Shown: piece by piece, positions 11,073 to 24,285 of the stretch
Numbering within the stretch: the first letter of the stretch is position 1
Layout of the letters: the number at the start of each line of letters is the position of its first letter
Source of the DNA: Octopus sinensis
Lineage: Eukaryota
Direction of reading: 5' to 3'
Length of the DNA: 35,715 nucleotides
NCBI RefSeq assembly: GCF_006345805.1
Contig: NW_021826270.1
Coordinates: 1 to 35,715 of the forward strand
Notes under the pieces: model-generated
Seen by the model: the letters and a program-made list of their open reading frames with translations, nothing else
What the model was told of the DNA's origin: nothing
Database searches by the model: none
Program-made: the position numbers and the translations under genes

Positions 11073-12163
11073 GGAACACTGGGCATGCTGTGGAAGATAT
11101 GCACTGGGGCTCCGGCACCTCCAAACTTCTGCGTAAATGGTGAACAGGTGTGGTCATCGTTTGTCAAACAGGCTTTTCCACATCTCATCTCCTTGAGTAA
11201 GCTGCAGTCGTGGGTCAAGAAGAGACTGAGGAAGGGTTACTGGCATCTGGAATGTTGCTAGGCACTCACTGTCCTCTACCAGGTGGGCAATGCGATAGAG
11301 GAAAATCCACTCTGAAGTTCTATGGAGGGTTAGTGGAGGGAAAGTGCGATGAAGCACTTGGAGAGACGCTAGGCGTTGACAAAATTGAACTAACCAGTCT
11401 GTTGAGGAGGACTTTCAAGACGGGGACGATGGATAACTTCTAGAAGTCCCTGTTATGCAGTGCTGTCGGGGGGGCACTGACGGTTCGAGATAAACTCTAC
11501 AAGCACGGAAGTTCTGTCTGACCGACCTACCCGACATGTGCGCAGAGCTATGAAATCATTCTGCACGCACTCGTCCAGTGTCCTTGCATTACTGACATGT
11601 GGAGTTATGTTGAACAGCTGTTATCACGTGTAGGGTGGTTCTATCTATCGGCCGAGTCCGTAGTGAAGATCGATCATCCACTTTCAATCAGTCCGGAAGG
11701 TCAGGCAATTTACTTATGTCTAATAGCAAGTAGCGAAAGAGGCTGTGTTGTGGACCAGTTTAAAAGGACTGAAGGCAGAGACTTTTCTCTACGGCCAATC
11801 ACACATCAACTTTTTCAAATTTTCTTTGGAAAGGAAGATGAGGGTGCAGAGTGAAGTTCTGCCTCCCAGTACATTTGCCAAAAGGTGGATGAATAGCGAA
11901 AATGGTACGTGTGAGTGGACTTACTCTAATAACACGCCTTTGAGCTAGTGAATTTGAAAGAAAGGAGAGTGTTCTTCCCAGATGCTCTCGAAGCGTCGAG
12001 TTGTTCAGGATTGGGGTGGGGGTACCTGAGCCAACTCCAGGAGATTACCTGCACCTATTACGAACTTTCATTGTTATATTCTTTTGTCGGATATCATTTT
12101 TATTCTTTTAACTGTGTACTCGTTGTCTCAGCGTTAAATCTCCACTGTCCATGTCTACTGTAT
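11073..12163 (+). mobile_element. Tx1-clade LINE fragment A, copy 2
   Basis: Duplicate of 1821-2907; see ORFs 10992-11261 and 11210-11443. Confidence 0.85.
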
Positions 12164-12322
12164 CCTGTTTCTTTACTACCCACAAGGGGCTAAACAACAG
12201 AAAAACAAACAAGGACAGACAAACGGATTAAGCCGATTATATCGATCACAGTGCGTAACTGGTACTTCTTTAATCGACCCCGAAAGGATGAAAGGCAAAG
12301 TCGACCTCGGGGGAAATTGAAA
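12164..12322 (-). mobile_element. tRNA-derived SINE, 5' head deleted (copy 2)
   Basis: Duplicate of 2908-3066. Confidence 0.85.
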
Positions 12323-12566
12323 TCCTTAAACAACCCTTACTCAGGGACCTTTTGAGCAGGATCTGTTACTCGATCAGAAGAAAATTCTAACTGGGCCCCA
12401 CATACAAGGTCATGTGCTTTTTATCTTGATATGAGATCATCATGTTTCGCACTTATGGTTGTGATGCATGTGCCTGGTGTACCCTTATCAGACGGGTAGT
12501 CATGATGGGTAACTGGGCTTCGTATATTTTACCCTAGTGTCACTTTGATGGCATGCACTGCTCTCT
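12323..12566 (+). mobile_element. Truncated copy of the (TAA)n-tailed repeat
   Basis: Matches 21801-22047. Confidence 0.5.
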
Positions 12567-12587
12567 AAATTAATAATAATAATAATA

Positions 12588-12685
<98 letters not shown>

Positions 12686-12700
12686 ATTATTATTGTTATT
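12567..12700. repeat. (TAA)n/(TTA)n back-to-back microsatellite (palindromic)
   Basis: Read directly; centre AATT near 12631-12634. Confidence 0.97.
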
Positions 12701-13033
12701 GAAAATTTCTTCCGGCTAAACATTTCACTCACTTCTTCACAGTAAAATTATATCATTTAATGCAATCGTTAATGTGATATTCCCTCCAGTTTCATATTAA
12801 AGAAAAGCTTAGGCAGGGTTATGTATCTAATTGCATCACACACACAGACAAACACACACACACGAACAATCAAACACATCAACCCTCCACATCTTCTTTC
12901 CCCACTCTCAATCTCTTCTATCACTCCCTCTACCCCTCTCTCATTTTAACTCTTCCACTTCCACCGCCAATCATCATAAACTGCTGACTGAAACTTTTCA
13001 AATCGAAATTATATAATTAGAAATACAGATGCC

Positions 13034-13068
<35 letters not shown>

Positions 13069-13424
13069 GTCTTAGGATGTGGAATGTTCGTATCCGCTGA
13101 CACGGACCAAGTCATCATAATACTGTCCACGAAGCGTTGATAGGAGCAAAGCTTATCCAAGAGAAGTCGGTGGGCCTGCAAATCGGCAGATGGAGAGGCA
13201 GACCCATACCAACCGACAGTTTGTAGGGCGCTAAACGGAAAGACAGGTTAAACTGTTTGGGGTCTGGTCTGCTGTAGACCCCGAGGTGGGACAACAACGG
13301 GTGGGAGGTGACGAACAGGATAGTCGATCTCACCCAGAAATTGGCAGAGAGGAAGCTGTTCGTGAAGGGTCGAGTCGTGGTGGCGAATGCGTACATCGCT
13401 TCCGTCATCTATGACTGCCTGAAT
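13069..13424 (+). mobile_element. Tx1-clade LINE fragment B, copy 2
   Basis: Duplicate of 3793-4148. Confidence 0.85.
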
Positions 13425-14249
13425 ATAATAACCACATTGTATCAAACGCCAGGATACAAGTGTTCGTCTGGTACGGTTTGATTTTGTTAATTTTTATGTC
13501 TTGACAAAGGCTGCGCTGATGAGTGAAAAGTGGATTTGTGCACTAATTACGGAATCATATGATGTTCAGCTACGTCTGTTTCTGGAGGCTCGCTTTGAGA
13601 GTTGCATTCCCTCGCGTTTTGTACTATGTGGGCATTATAGTAGTTTATACTTCAAGAGACCCTCCTAGCGTGAGACATTTATGTATAAGTATTGCCCTTA
13701 ATATATATAAATATATTCATAGGGAATAATAATAAGTTATCCTTTCTGAGTTTTTCACGATAACTACTTGATAAATCCTCGTAATAATTCTATCCTATAT
13801 TTCAATTATATATATTTATTAGTAGCCCCAAACTTACTTTGTTATACACACCACACACACCACACTTATGTATATAATATATATATATTATATATATATA
13901 TTTACATATATGTATATATCTATGTATAGTTGAGCGTGTGTATGGTATGTGTATGTGTTTCAGTTTATCCACTATGACCGCTTGGAAACAGGTTCCGGTT
14001 TTTTACGTCCCAGTATTTGGCCGATCGTTATCTTGTTAAATTCCTTACAACCACTTGAAACTTTTCACATTTTTACCACGTCATTTTCAAAGCATTACGT
14101 CTGATTCAGAATTGCCTGCGGCTGACGATAATTGCCTTCATGTTTTTCTTTTTTCTCGTAAATAATAATAAAATAATCAAAAGTATAAAGTTGCGTAACT
14201 GTAGGCAAATCAGCGGAAGGGATCGCGAGGATACGCAGCAGGCTTAACA

Positions 14250-14340
14250 ACAAATACTGGGGTCGATTTGTGCGACTAAAACACTTTAAGGCAGTGCCCC
14301 AGCATAGGCGCAGCCCAATGGATGACAAACGTAAGGAATT
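14250..14340 (+). mobile_element. Degenerate SINE 3' fragment (tail type 2), copy 2
   Basis: Duplicate of 4985-5075. Confidence 0.65.
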
Positions 14341-14469
14341 GTTTACAGCTATGGTTTAAATTCTACGCCATAAATTAGAATTGTCGGATCTCATCGAAGA
14401 CAGCGAACGGGAATTGAAGCTCTATGGTTTGTGTTCCTGAAATTTTAAAGGATGCAACAATAGAAAATG

Positions 14470-14509
14470 ATCTATCTATCGATCAATCAATCGATCTTCT
14501 ATCTATATC

Positions 14510-14593
<84 letters not shown>

Positions 14594-14624
14594 CCTATAT
14601 ATCTACATATCTATCTATATATCT
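14470..14624. repeat. (TATC)n microsatellite
   Basis: Read directly. Confidence 0.97.
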
Positions 14625-16110
14625 GGAACGAGATAACGAGTAGGGTGGTCACTCTCGCCCAGCAATGGGCCGAGAGGAAAGTGTCCCTAAAAGGTCGGGC
14701 GGAGGTGGCGAACGCCTACATCGCGTCCATCATCTACTACCGCCTGACCGTCGTACCTTGTCCCGACCCTACCATCACCAAACTAGATCGCATCCTCTTC
14801 CGCTTCTTGTGGAAAGGATGCGTCCCGATGGTCAGGCGATCCATTTGCTGCCAACACCCGTTAAAAGAAGGGCTGGGCATGCCGTGGTTGATGATGCGCA
14901 GACACGCGCTGAGACTGCGACATCTCCGGCTCTATGTAGACGACGGTGAACAGGTGTGGTCACGGTTTGTGAGGCACGCATTCCCGCAACTCGTCTCCAT
15001 GACCGAACAACAGTCGTGGGGCAAAAAGAGGCCGAGAAGGGCGAATGGCACCGCGAGTGTCGCGTTGCTCTCAAGCAACTCTGCCGTCCCAGGTCGACCT
15101 TGAGTGACTTCAACACAACCAAAGAATTCTATAGGGGATTAGTGGAGGGGAGGTACGACGACGATCTGGTGGGAAACCTGGGCGTCGTCGAGGAATACCT
15201 GACTCGCCTGTTTCAAACGACTTTCGGCCCGGGACCTATGGACAACTTCTAGAGATCCCTGGCCTGGCGGTGCTACCGAGAAGCGCTACCCGTTCGGGAT
15301 AAGCTCTATAGGCATGGCTCGAGAAACACGGGGCCGACCTGCCCGAGATGCGGGCAGAGCGACGAAACCGCTCTGCACGCAATCGTTCAGTGTCCAGCAA
15401 TTTCCGACCTGTGGGCTTATGTCGAACGACTGCTGTCACGTGTGGGACGTGTCGGTTTATCAGCCGAGTCTATCGTTAATATCGTCACGCCTCCTTCCTT
15501 CAAACGGGAAGGAAGAGCTATTTTTATCATACTTGTGGCTATGGCGAAAGAATGTATCTGGGGGACGCGCCCGAAAGGATTGGAGACAAACACTTTCCTC
15601 TCTGGTCAATCTTCATCAACTTCTTCAAGTATCACATGAAGAGGAAAGTGAGAGTAGAGAGGCAAATTTTGTCTAGCGAATGTTTTAAAAAAAGATGGGT
15701 GAATGTAGCAAGGATGGCACGTATGAATGACGAAGCCACCTTGACTATGATTCTATGAACCGTAAAAATTAATACAGAGAGTTGCTTATTTGCAAAAAAA
15801 TAAAAGAAAGAAAATAACATGTGACTTCATTGACCGAGGTTACCGTGGTCTTTTCCGTAGGCTTTTCTTTACGCTTCATATTGACATTTCTGTGATTACG
15901 ATCCCTATTGATCAACTTTTTTCCTCTCCCCTTTCCCTTTTTTTTCCTCTCCCCCTTTTTTAAAAAAATCCTCCCCTTTTTTTGTCCTCTTTCTTTCCTT
16001 TACGATCCCTTTTGATCGAAACCCAACCCCCTTTTTTTTACCCCCAAAAGAAAAGCTCTACCTTGTAATTTGTTCTATCTGTGTGCAGCCCTGTTTGGCT
16101 AATAAAGAAA
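14625..16110 (+). mobile_element. Tx1-clade LINE fragment C, copy 2
   Basis: Duplicate of 5339-6824; ORF 14645-15103 begins VTLAQQWAERKVSLKGRAEVANAY. Confidence 0.92.
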
Positions 16111-16112
16111 CA

Positions 16113-16147
<35 letters not shown>

Positions 16148-16440
16148 GTCCGTCTATCTCTATCTATCTATCTATCTATCTATCTATGTATCTATTTATC
16201 TATCTATCTATCAATCAATCTATCTATCTATCTATGACTATCTATCTCTATCTTCCATCTTTCTGTCTATCTATCTATCTATCTATCTATCTATATATCT
16301 ATCTATCTATCTATCTTTATATTTCTATCTATCTATCTATCTATCTATCTATCAATCTATCTATCAAACTATCATGTGTCTGTCTAGCTATCTCTCTATC
16401 AATCATTGTCTGTATCTTTATCTTTCTATCTCTCTATCTA
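16111..16440. repeat. (TATC)n microsatellite
   Basis: Read directly. Confidence 0.97.
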
Positions 16441-17986
16441 TTACGTCTCTCCATATATCGATATACACATATATAAACACACATATATACATTCATTTAC
16501 ATTTACTTATTTTCACACACACAAACACACACGCAGACACACACTTTCACACACACATATACATAATATAAAGGGAGAGGAAAATCAAATCATGGGACGC
16601 AACTTACAAGCATTGTACTACAATCCAGGCTCTGGTAAACCACATCGAATGGTCCGGCAAAACGGGAAAATCTTTATGGTAAACAATCATTCTCTTTCAC
16701 TTAGTTCCAAACTTCCGAGTTCATTATTTCGGGTTTTATCCTGTGTAAAAGACATTAAAATAAGAATTAAATGTTACACATGAAGTAACTTACTTTTTAG
16801 CATATTTTATATACAATGCAATTTAGTTATTTTAAACCTGTGAACGACACGCCTTTGTGCTGCATGTATATTATAAGCATTAGCATCAGGTTACATCCTG
16901 CTGGTTGAAAACTGTACCACCAGTATAAACAAATGACGCAATATATATATGCGCACATATATATATATATAGATATATATAAACATTCACTACCTCTTAC
17001 GAACAGAGACTAACAGCACTTTATTGGTAAGTTACGATTTTCATTATATTATATCGGCCTTCTATTGGCCATTGTCCAGGCTCCTCAACGGCATTAAGGA
17101 TGGATAAAAAGGTTCTCCCCCCTTAAGACTTCATAAATTGGGTCCCCAATTACCTAAAATGTTTTTTTATGCTTTTATTTTTACTTCAGTAATTTTCAGT
17201 TAACCCAATAGCATTGGCACTGGCCACGTCGGGCCCAAATATTCTTCCTGTTTTCTGTGGAAACTGAACAGATGAGCCTTTTCACAACCACCATGCAAAG
17301 TTATTCTAAAAGTAAGCAATCACATAATCAAAATCTCAAAGCTAGAAGATAACGTATGTTTAATTTTAAACGATGTGAATAAATAAGTAATTCATCTGAA
17401 TGTTGAAGGAGTATCCCCTTCTAGCTGGTACAATAATGAAACAGCAATTCCATCTCAAATTACGTGGGTATTTTTTAAGGACACTTTTCAGGTACGAGGG
17501 AGTGGTTAAGAATGTTAGTAGTACAAAAAATCGGGGTCGGTATTTTTCTTAGTATTTGACTTTTGTTAATTATTGTTTGAAGACGAGATGGGAAATGAGA
17601 GTAGAGACGGTTGAAAAGCAAAAATTTGAGGAAATTGTTGATGTGGTTGGAGAGATTTAGGAGGTTGAGAGGAGGATGAAATCGATTGATCATAATACTT
17701 GGAATAAAATTGGGATGCGTGTTATATATATTTATTTCTGTAGGTATCTATATATATGTGACTACTTAATGTTTTTAATACTGTGTATTAATGTAGGAGT
17801 TTATATGTATATATTGTGCGTATATGTGTGTGTGTTTGCATGTATGTATGTAAGAGCTTGTATGTATATTTAGGTATTTGTAAATGCAATTTTGGATTTT
17901 CATATGTATTGCATATGCTCATATATATATATATTTATATATATATATATAATATATATATAATATATATATATATCTGTATATAT

Positions 17987-18029
<43 letters not shown>

Positions 18030-18065
18030 ACATACATATATGTACATAGACACACACACACATAT

Positions 18066-18862
18066 TTGCTATTTGGAATGTGTTCACTTGTCGATTGTCA
18101 GGTTGACACTTGTTTTACATTACAGCTTTATTTATTTGGAATTAGGGAAGTGCATGAATGTCGGGCAGTATTTATGCTTACGATAAAAAATAACGTCAGA
18201 GAATTTAACAGTGAGGAGTTGTGGAGGCGAAGAATAGTTAATGACCCTTTTATACATAACATACATTTACCTATATTTGTGTTGTAGAGGGGAGCTTCAC
18301 ATACTATGGACCACGATAGAGCGTGTTGGACATTGTTTTGAATTGAGGTTGTATATGTGTGTTGCTAAAGATTGAAATAGTTTAGATTCGGGATTAGTGA
18401 AGGAATACATATGAGCACGACAACGACATTGAAAATCCTCAGTGCCATTAATATACACACTTGCCTGGTGGGTGCATGGGGTAATCACGTGGCACTTATA
18501 GATTACGCTTTTGAGGAGACAGGTGTCTGCATACCATATATTTCAGAAGCGCGACAGTTGCAAGTGGTTGGGGTTTACTATTAGTAATGTTGATGTTGGT
18601 TGGTTTGTTGTTAGTGGGGAGAATCTAAATTAGGATTTATATTAGTATCGGATTGAGAGGTTGTAATGGAACTAATATTTGTCGTCTCGTAGACAGGGTT
18701 GTAGAATGTTGGCTTAAGATTAGTATTATACAATTGAGGTGGCTTATTATGTTTGTATTTTTGTATTGTGAAGTTTAGCTTGGGATTTTGGGGAAAATTT
18801 CGGTTTTTATCCACACATAAAGCCTACCGGTGTTTTATAAAGACTTATGGAACCACGTGACC
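18066..18862 (-). mobile_element. Penelope-like GIY-YIG fragment
   Basis: Joining frames gives CNCR...CLLKSVIYKCHVITPCTHQASVYINGTEDFQCRCRAHMYSFTNPESKLFQSLATHIYNL / ALSWSIVCEAPLYNTNIGKCMLCIKGSLTILRLHNSSLLN. This is the Cys-rich linker plus GIY-YIG layout of Neptune-type PLEs. Confidence 0.88.
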
Positions 18863-19189
18863 GCTGCTAGCTTTGTTGTTGTTGATGTGTATGTATTTTC
18901 AAAATGTTTTATTCTTCAACTTTGAGATGTATTGTTGATTTTTTTATTTTATCTTACTATACAGCAAAACAACACCTTCCGTCAATATTAAATTCTTTAT
19001 TGGATAAAAAAAAACATTATCAAAACATGAAGTTAAAACAAAACAAATGTGCTTTGTTTTCTTCCAGGCACCAATGTCCTGTAGCAATAGTCTTTCATCG
19101 ACCGACCTTTCCTCCAAAAAAATCAGTGGAATCATTCGATCTCCATACACAAATTATTTTCCTCCTGGAACTATAAAAAAAGTTACACA

Positions 19190-19268
19190 CATTAGGCGCA
19201 CCTTTCTCTAAGCGGCACACTAAATTTCCCAGGTAAAAAATAGCGGCTTATACACCGGAAAATACGGT
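19190..19268. mobile_element. Tc2/pogo-like terminal fragment, copy 3
   Basis: Duplicate of 895-978. Confidence 0.6.
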
Positions 19269-19685
19269 GTTTCTTTTTTTGTCATATTTATCGACTTTTC
19301 CCATAAACGTTACACAAACACTTGACTGCGCATGCCTGAATGTCTACATTAAAGCATTTTCTAAGCTAAATTCTCTGCCTGATCTACAGGCTCATTAGGC
19401 CCCCAGTATATCTCGGTATCGAACGTATTTCAACACACAAGGATACAACACACCGGATACCAGTCTGTCGCAATGTTAACCCCTGGTTAATGCTGGTACT
19501 TTTCAGATGAGAGCACTGGAAGTGTCTTTCTCGTGGACACAACTTACCGAAACAATAATCCATACTCCTATGAGTTGTGGTGTGCGCGCTTATGTACATA
19601 TCCGTGCGTATGTGGGTGTATTTTTGTATGCATGTACACACACACACACATAATCTTTTATTCTCTTATTCTTTTGCTTATTTAA

Positions 19686-19975
19686 GGTGAATTTCAAAGT
19701 CGTTATGCCAATCACATAATCCCCTTCCGACATAGGCCAAAAGTAAAGCTACGAAACTGGCTAAGTTTGGAAGAAAACGAAACACCACATGTGACTGGAT
19801 GGGAAGTAATTGAGAATCCATAACTTATGTGAATGGATCGAATAAATATAAACATTGTTTAGCTGAAAGACTGCATATCCTGTTCAGATCTAAGATGCTT
19901 AATCCTCTATTGGACTCTAGGTCTGGAATTTTCAGTCGTTGTCAAGTATAAATATATTTTGAAGAACTGGAAAAT
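19686..19975 (+). mobile_element. Penelope-like GIY-YIG C-terminal fragment, copy 3
   Basis: GEFQSRYANHIIPFRH...WEVIE; duplicate of 1397-1690. Confidence 0.8.
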
Positions 19976-20110
19976 TCCGTCTATTCTTGATTAAAATTAT
20001 GATATCTTTTTAGCCTTATAATTCAAGGTCTAACGAGGAGAACTCTTAAATGCTGTTTTTACTTTTCCCTTTTCCCATTTTCGTTTTTGTGCTTTCGCTT
20101 TCCGATTTCC

Positions 20111-21203
20111 GGAACACTGGGCATGCTGTGGAAGACATGCACTGGGGCTGCGGCATCTCCAAACATTCTGCCTAAACGGTGAACAGGTGTGGTCATCGTT
20201 TGTCAAACAGGCTTTTCCACAACTCATCTCCTTGAGTAAGCTGCAGTCCAGGGTCAAGAAGAGACCGAGGAAGTGTTACTGACATCTGGAATGTTGCTAG
20301 GCACTCACTGTCCTCTACCAGGTGGGCAATGCGATCAGTGGAAAATCCACTCTGAAGTTCTATGGAAGGTTAGTGGAGGGAAAGTTCGATGAAGCACTTG
20401 GAGAGACGCTAGGCGTTAACAAAATTGTACTAACCTGTCTGTTGAGGAGGACTTTCAAGACGGGGACGATGGATAACTTCTAGAAGTCCCTTGTTTTGCA
20501 GTGCTGTCGGGGGGCACTGACGGTTCGAGATAAACTCTACAAGCACGGTATTTCTGTCTGACCGACCTACCCGACATGTGCGCAGAGCGATGAAATCGTC
20601 CTGCACGCACTCGTCCAGTGTCCTTGCATTACTGACATGTGGAGTTATGTTGAACAGCTGTTATTAAGTGTAGGGAGTTTCTATCTATCGGCCGAGTCCG
20701 TAGTGAAGATCGCTCAACCGCTTTCCATCAGTCCGGAAGGTGACACAATTTACTTCGATTCTTCTAACAGTAGCGAAAGAGGCTGTATTGTGGACCAGGT
20801 TAAACGGACTAAAGGCAGAGACTTTTCTCTACTGCCAATCACTCGTCAACTTTTTCAAATTTCCTCTGGAAAGGAAGATGAGGGTGCAGAGTGAAGTGCT
20901 GCCTCCCAGTACATTTGCCAAAAGGTGGATGAATAGCGAAAATTGTACGTGTGAGTTGACCTACTCTAATAACACGCATTTGGGCTAGTGAATTTGAGAG
21001 GGAGGAGAGTGCTGTTACCAGATGCCCTCGAAGCGTCGAGTGGTTCAGGATTGGGGTGTGGGTACCTGAGCCAACTCCAGGGGATTACCTGCACCTATTA
21101 CGAACTTTCATTGTTATGTTCTTTTGTCGGATATCATTGTTATTCTTTTAACTGTGTACTCGTTGTCTCAACGTTAAATCTCCACTGTCCATGTCTACTG
21201 TAT
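20111..21203 (+). mobile_element. Tx1-clade LINE fragment A, copy 3
   Basis: Duplicate of 1821-2907. Confidence 0.85.
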
Positions 21204-21438
21204 CCTGTTTCTTTACTACCCACAAGGTGCTAAACACAGAAAAGACAAACAAGGACAGACAAACGGATTAAGTCGATTATATCGATCACAGTGCGTTACT
21301 GGTACTTCTTTAATCGACCCCGAAAGGATGAAAGGCAAAGTCGACCTCGGGGGAATTTGAACTCAGAAGATAACGGCAGAAGAAATACCGCTTAGCATTT
21401 CGCCCGACGTAATAAAGATTCTGCCAGCTCTCACCGCC
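21204..21438 (-). mobile_element. Full-length tRNA-derived SINE
   Basis: The minus strand has A-box-like TGGCAGAATC..., B-box-like GAGTTCAAATTCC, body GAGGTCGACTTTGCCTTTCATCCTTTCGGGGTCGAT, and a tail ending GGGTAGTAAAGAAA. The head and body align to 32143-32357. Confidence 0.88.
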
Positions 21439-21479
21439 ATTTCTACTCTATCTTCTCCGATATGCCGGCCCTATTGGCA

Positions 21480-21533
<54 letters not shown>

Positions 21534-21534
<1 letters not shown>

Positions 21535-22047
21535 GTAAGGTTTGTTGAAGGATGTTGAACGAAGATGTAGCCCATCTTCTTGGTATAGAGGATGGGCTCC
21601 AGCAAATATTCTGCTCAATACCACAGATTTGCTTGTCAGTTGCTCGACGTTAACCAGTTGAGCATGTCCCTTAGTGACTGATGATATGTGCATCTCTGAT
21701 CACAAGCAGAAGTAGTGGGGGAGTATCATAGCAATGTGTTGAGAGGGATTCTTTGGGGGTTTGAATAATTCACCTCTGGAAACATGGGTGTTTCGTTCAA
21801 AATCCTTAAACAACTCTTACTCAGGGACCTTTTCAGCAGGATGGGTTACTCGACCAGAAGAAAATTCTAACTGGGACCACCTACAAGGTCATGTGCTTTT
21901 TATCTTGATATGAGATCATCATGTTTCGCACTTATGATTCTGATGCATGTGCCTGGTGTACCCTTATCAGACGGATAGTCATGATGGGTATACTGGGCTT
22001 CGTATATTTTACCCTAGTGTCACTTTGATAGCATGCACTGCTCTCTC
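21534..22047 (+). mobile_element. Unclassified interspersed repeat ending in (TAA)n, likely a retroposon 3' portion
   Basis: Flanked on both sides by (TAA)n and ends ...GCATGCACTGCTCTCT(TAA)n. No recognisable ORF. Truncated copies at 3067-3308 and 12323-12566. Confidence 0.5.
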
Positions 22048-22092
22048 AATTATTAATAATAATAATAATAATAATGATAATTAATATTATTA

Positions 22093-22125
<33 letters not shown>

Positions 22126-22222
22126 TTATTATAATTATTATTATTAATATTATTATTATATTATTATTATTATTTTATTATTATTATTATTATATTATTA
22201 TTGTCATTATTATTATTGTTAT
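22048..22222. repeat. Degenerate (TAA)n/(TTA)n microsatellite
   Basis: Read directly; many interruptions. Confidence 0.95.
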
Positions 22223-22550
22223 TGGAAATTTCTTCCGGCTAAACATTTCACTCACTTCTTCACAGTAAAATTATGTCATTTAATGCAATCGTTAATGTGA
22301 TATTCCCTCCAGTTTCATATTAAAGAAAAGCTTAGGCAGGGTTATGTATATATTACATCACACACAGAGACACACACACGACAAATCGTACACATCACTC
22401 TCCTCCTCTTCTTTCCCCTCTCTCTCTCTCTCTCTCGCTTCTATCACTCCCTCTACCCCTCTCTCATTTTAACTCTTTCACTTCCACCGCCAAACATCAT
22501 AAACTGCTGACTGAAATTTTCAAATCGAAATTATATAATTAGAAATACAG

Positions 22551-22609
<59 letters not shown>

Positions 22610-22684
22610 TGCAGCATTTTCGTGGTTGAAACCTTTTGGATTAACTGGTGCTAGAGTGAGCATATATGACCACTCTCTTATATT

Positions 22685-22718
<34 letters not shown>

Positions 22719-22721
<3 letters not shown>

Positions 22722-22867
22722 TTAGGATGTGGAATGTTCGTATCAGCTAACACGGACTACGTCATCATAATACTGTCCACGAAGCGTTGATAGGAGCAAA
22801 GCTTATCCAAGAGATGTCGGTGGGCCTGCAACTCGGCAGATGGAGAGGCAGACCTACCAACCGACAG
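22719..22867 (+). mobile_element. Short duplicated 5' piece of Tx1 fragment B
   Basis: GTCTTAGGATGTGGAATG...ACCAACCGACAG; repeats again at 23204. Confidence 0.85.
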
Positions 22868-22903
22868 ATGCCATATATATATATTATATATATATAATAT
22901 ACA

Positions 22904-23040
22904 CTTTTAACTCTCTTTACTTGTTTCAGTAATTTGATTGCGGCCATGCTGGAGCACCGCCTTTAGTCGAGCAAATCGACTCCGGGACTTATTTGTAAGC
23001 CCAGTACTTATTCTATCGGTCCATTTTGCCGAACCGCTAG
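22904..23040 (-). mobile_element. SINE 3' fragment (tail type 2) inserted within (TA)n
   Basis: Minus strand: GAGTCGATTTGCTCGACTAAAGGCGGTGCTCCAGCATGGCCGC...GAAACAAGTAAAGAG; (TA)n on both sides. Confidence 0.75.
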
Positions 23041-23195
<155 letters not shown>

Positions 23196-23203
23196 TAATG
23201 TGT

Positions 23204-24285
23204 GTCTTAGGATGTGGAATGTTCGTATCAGCTAACACGGACTGTGTCATCATAATACTGTCCACGAAGCGTTGATAGGAGCAAAGCTTGTCCAAGAGAA
23301 GTCGGTGGGCCTGCAAATCGGCAGTTGGAGAGGCAGACCCATACCAACCGACAGTTTGTCGGGCGCTAGACGGAAAGACAGGTTAAACTGCTTGGGGTCT
23401 GGTCTGCTGTAGACCTCGAGGTGGACAACAACGGGTGGGAGGTGACGAACAGGATAGTCGATCTCACCCAGAAATTGGCAGAGAGGAAGCTGTTCGTGAA
23501 GGGTCGAGTCGAGGTAGCGAATGCGTACATCGCTTCCGTCATCTATGACTGCCTGAATGTAGTCCCATGCCCGATAAAGTTAGAGCGTTTGTTATTCCAC
23601 TTTCTAAAGAAGGGACGTGTTCCGCTCATCAGACGGTCCATCTGCTGTCAACAACCTCTCAGTGGAGCACTGGACATGCCGTCGGGAATGATTCGCAGAC
23701 ATGCGCTGAGACTGCGACCTCTCCTGCGTTTATTTAACGGTGAGCATGGGGGATTGACTGTTTGTGAAGCGGGATTTTCCGCAGCTCGTCTCACTGATGA
23801 AGCTACAGCACTGAGTCAAGCGTTGGCCAAGAAAGGGTGCTTGGCACCTGGAGTGTCGGCAAGCTTTCACAGCTTTCTGTCAGTCGGGCAACGCGGGCGT
23901 TGAAAGTCCCACCATGGATTTCTATAGGGGTTTAGTAGAGGGAAAAGAACAACGACGAAATCGGGGTAAATTCTGGGTGTAGGTGGAGGGAATCAACTAA
24001 CTGGTCTTTAACTTCCAGAAATCCCTGGTTTGGCAGTGCTACCTGGAAGCTCTGCCGATTCAAGACAAGCTCTACAGATACGAAAGTGTTGTCGGACGGA
24101 TATGTTTGGGTTGTGCGCAGGGCGATGAAATAGTCCTGCATGCACTCATCCGTCCAGTTTACGAGCCGAGTTCATTGTAAAGATCGCCCCGCCACCTTCT
24201 TTTGGCCGGAATGAAAAGCAGTTTCTTCTGCCCGGTGGCTAAAGAAGTAGAGTGATGGACGAGACTGAAATCATTGAAGACTAAA
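23204..24285 (+). mobile_element. Longer Tx1 fragment B (RT C-terminus into decayed zinc-knuckle region)
   Basis: ORF 23421-23903: KGRVEVANAYIASVIYDCLNVVPCP..KLERLLFHFLKKGRVPLIRRSICCQQPLSGALDMP..IRRHALRLR. Confidence 0.88.

Larger units (their letters stand above)
9269..18294. repeat. ~9.0 kb tandem unit, copy 2
   Basis: Collinear with copy 1. It lacks ~245 bp (copy 1 7652-7896) at junction 16926/16927, which accounts for the shorter period. Confidence 0.97.
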
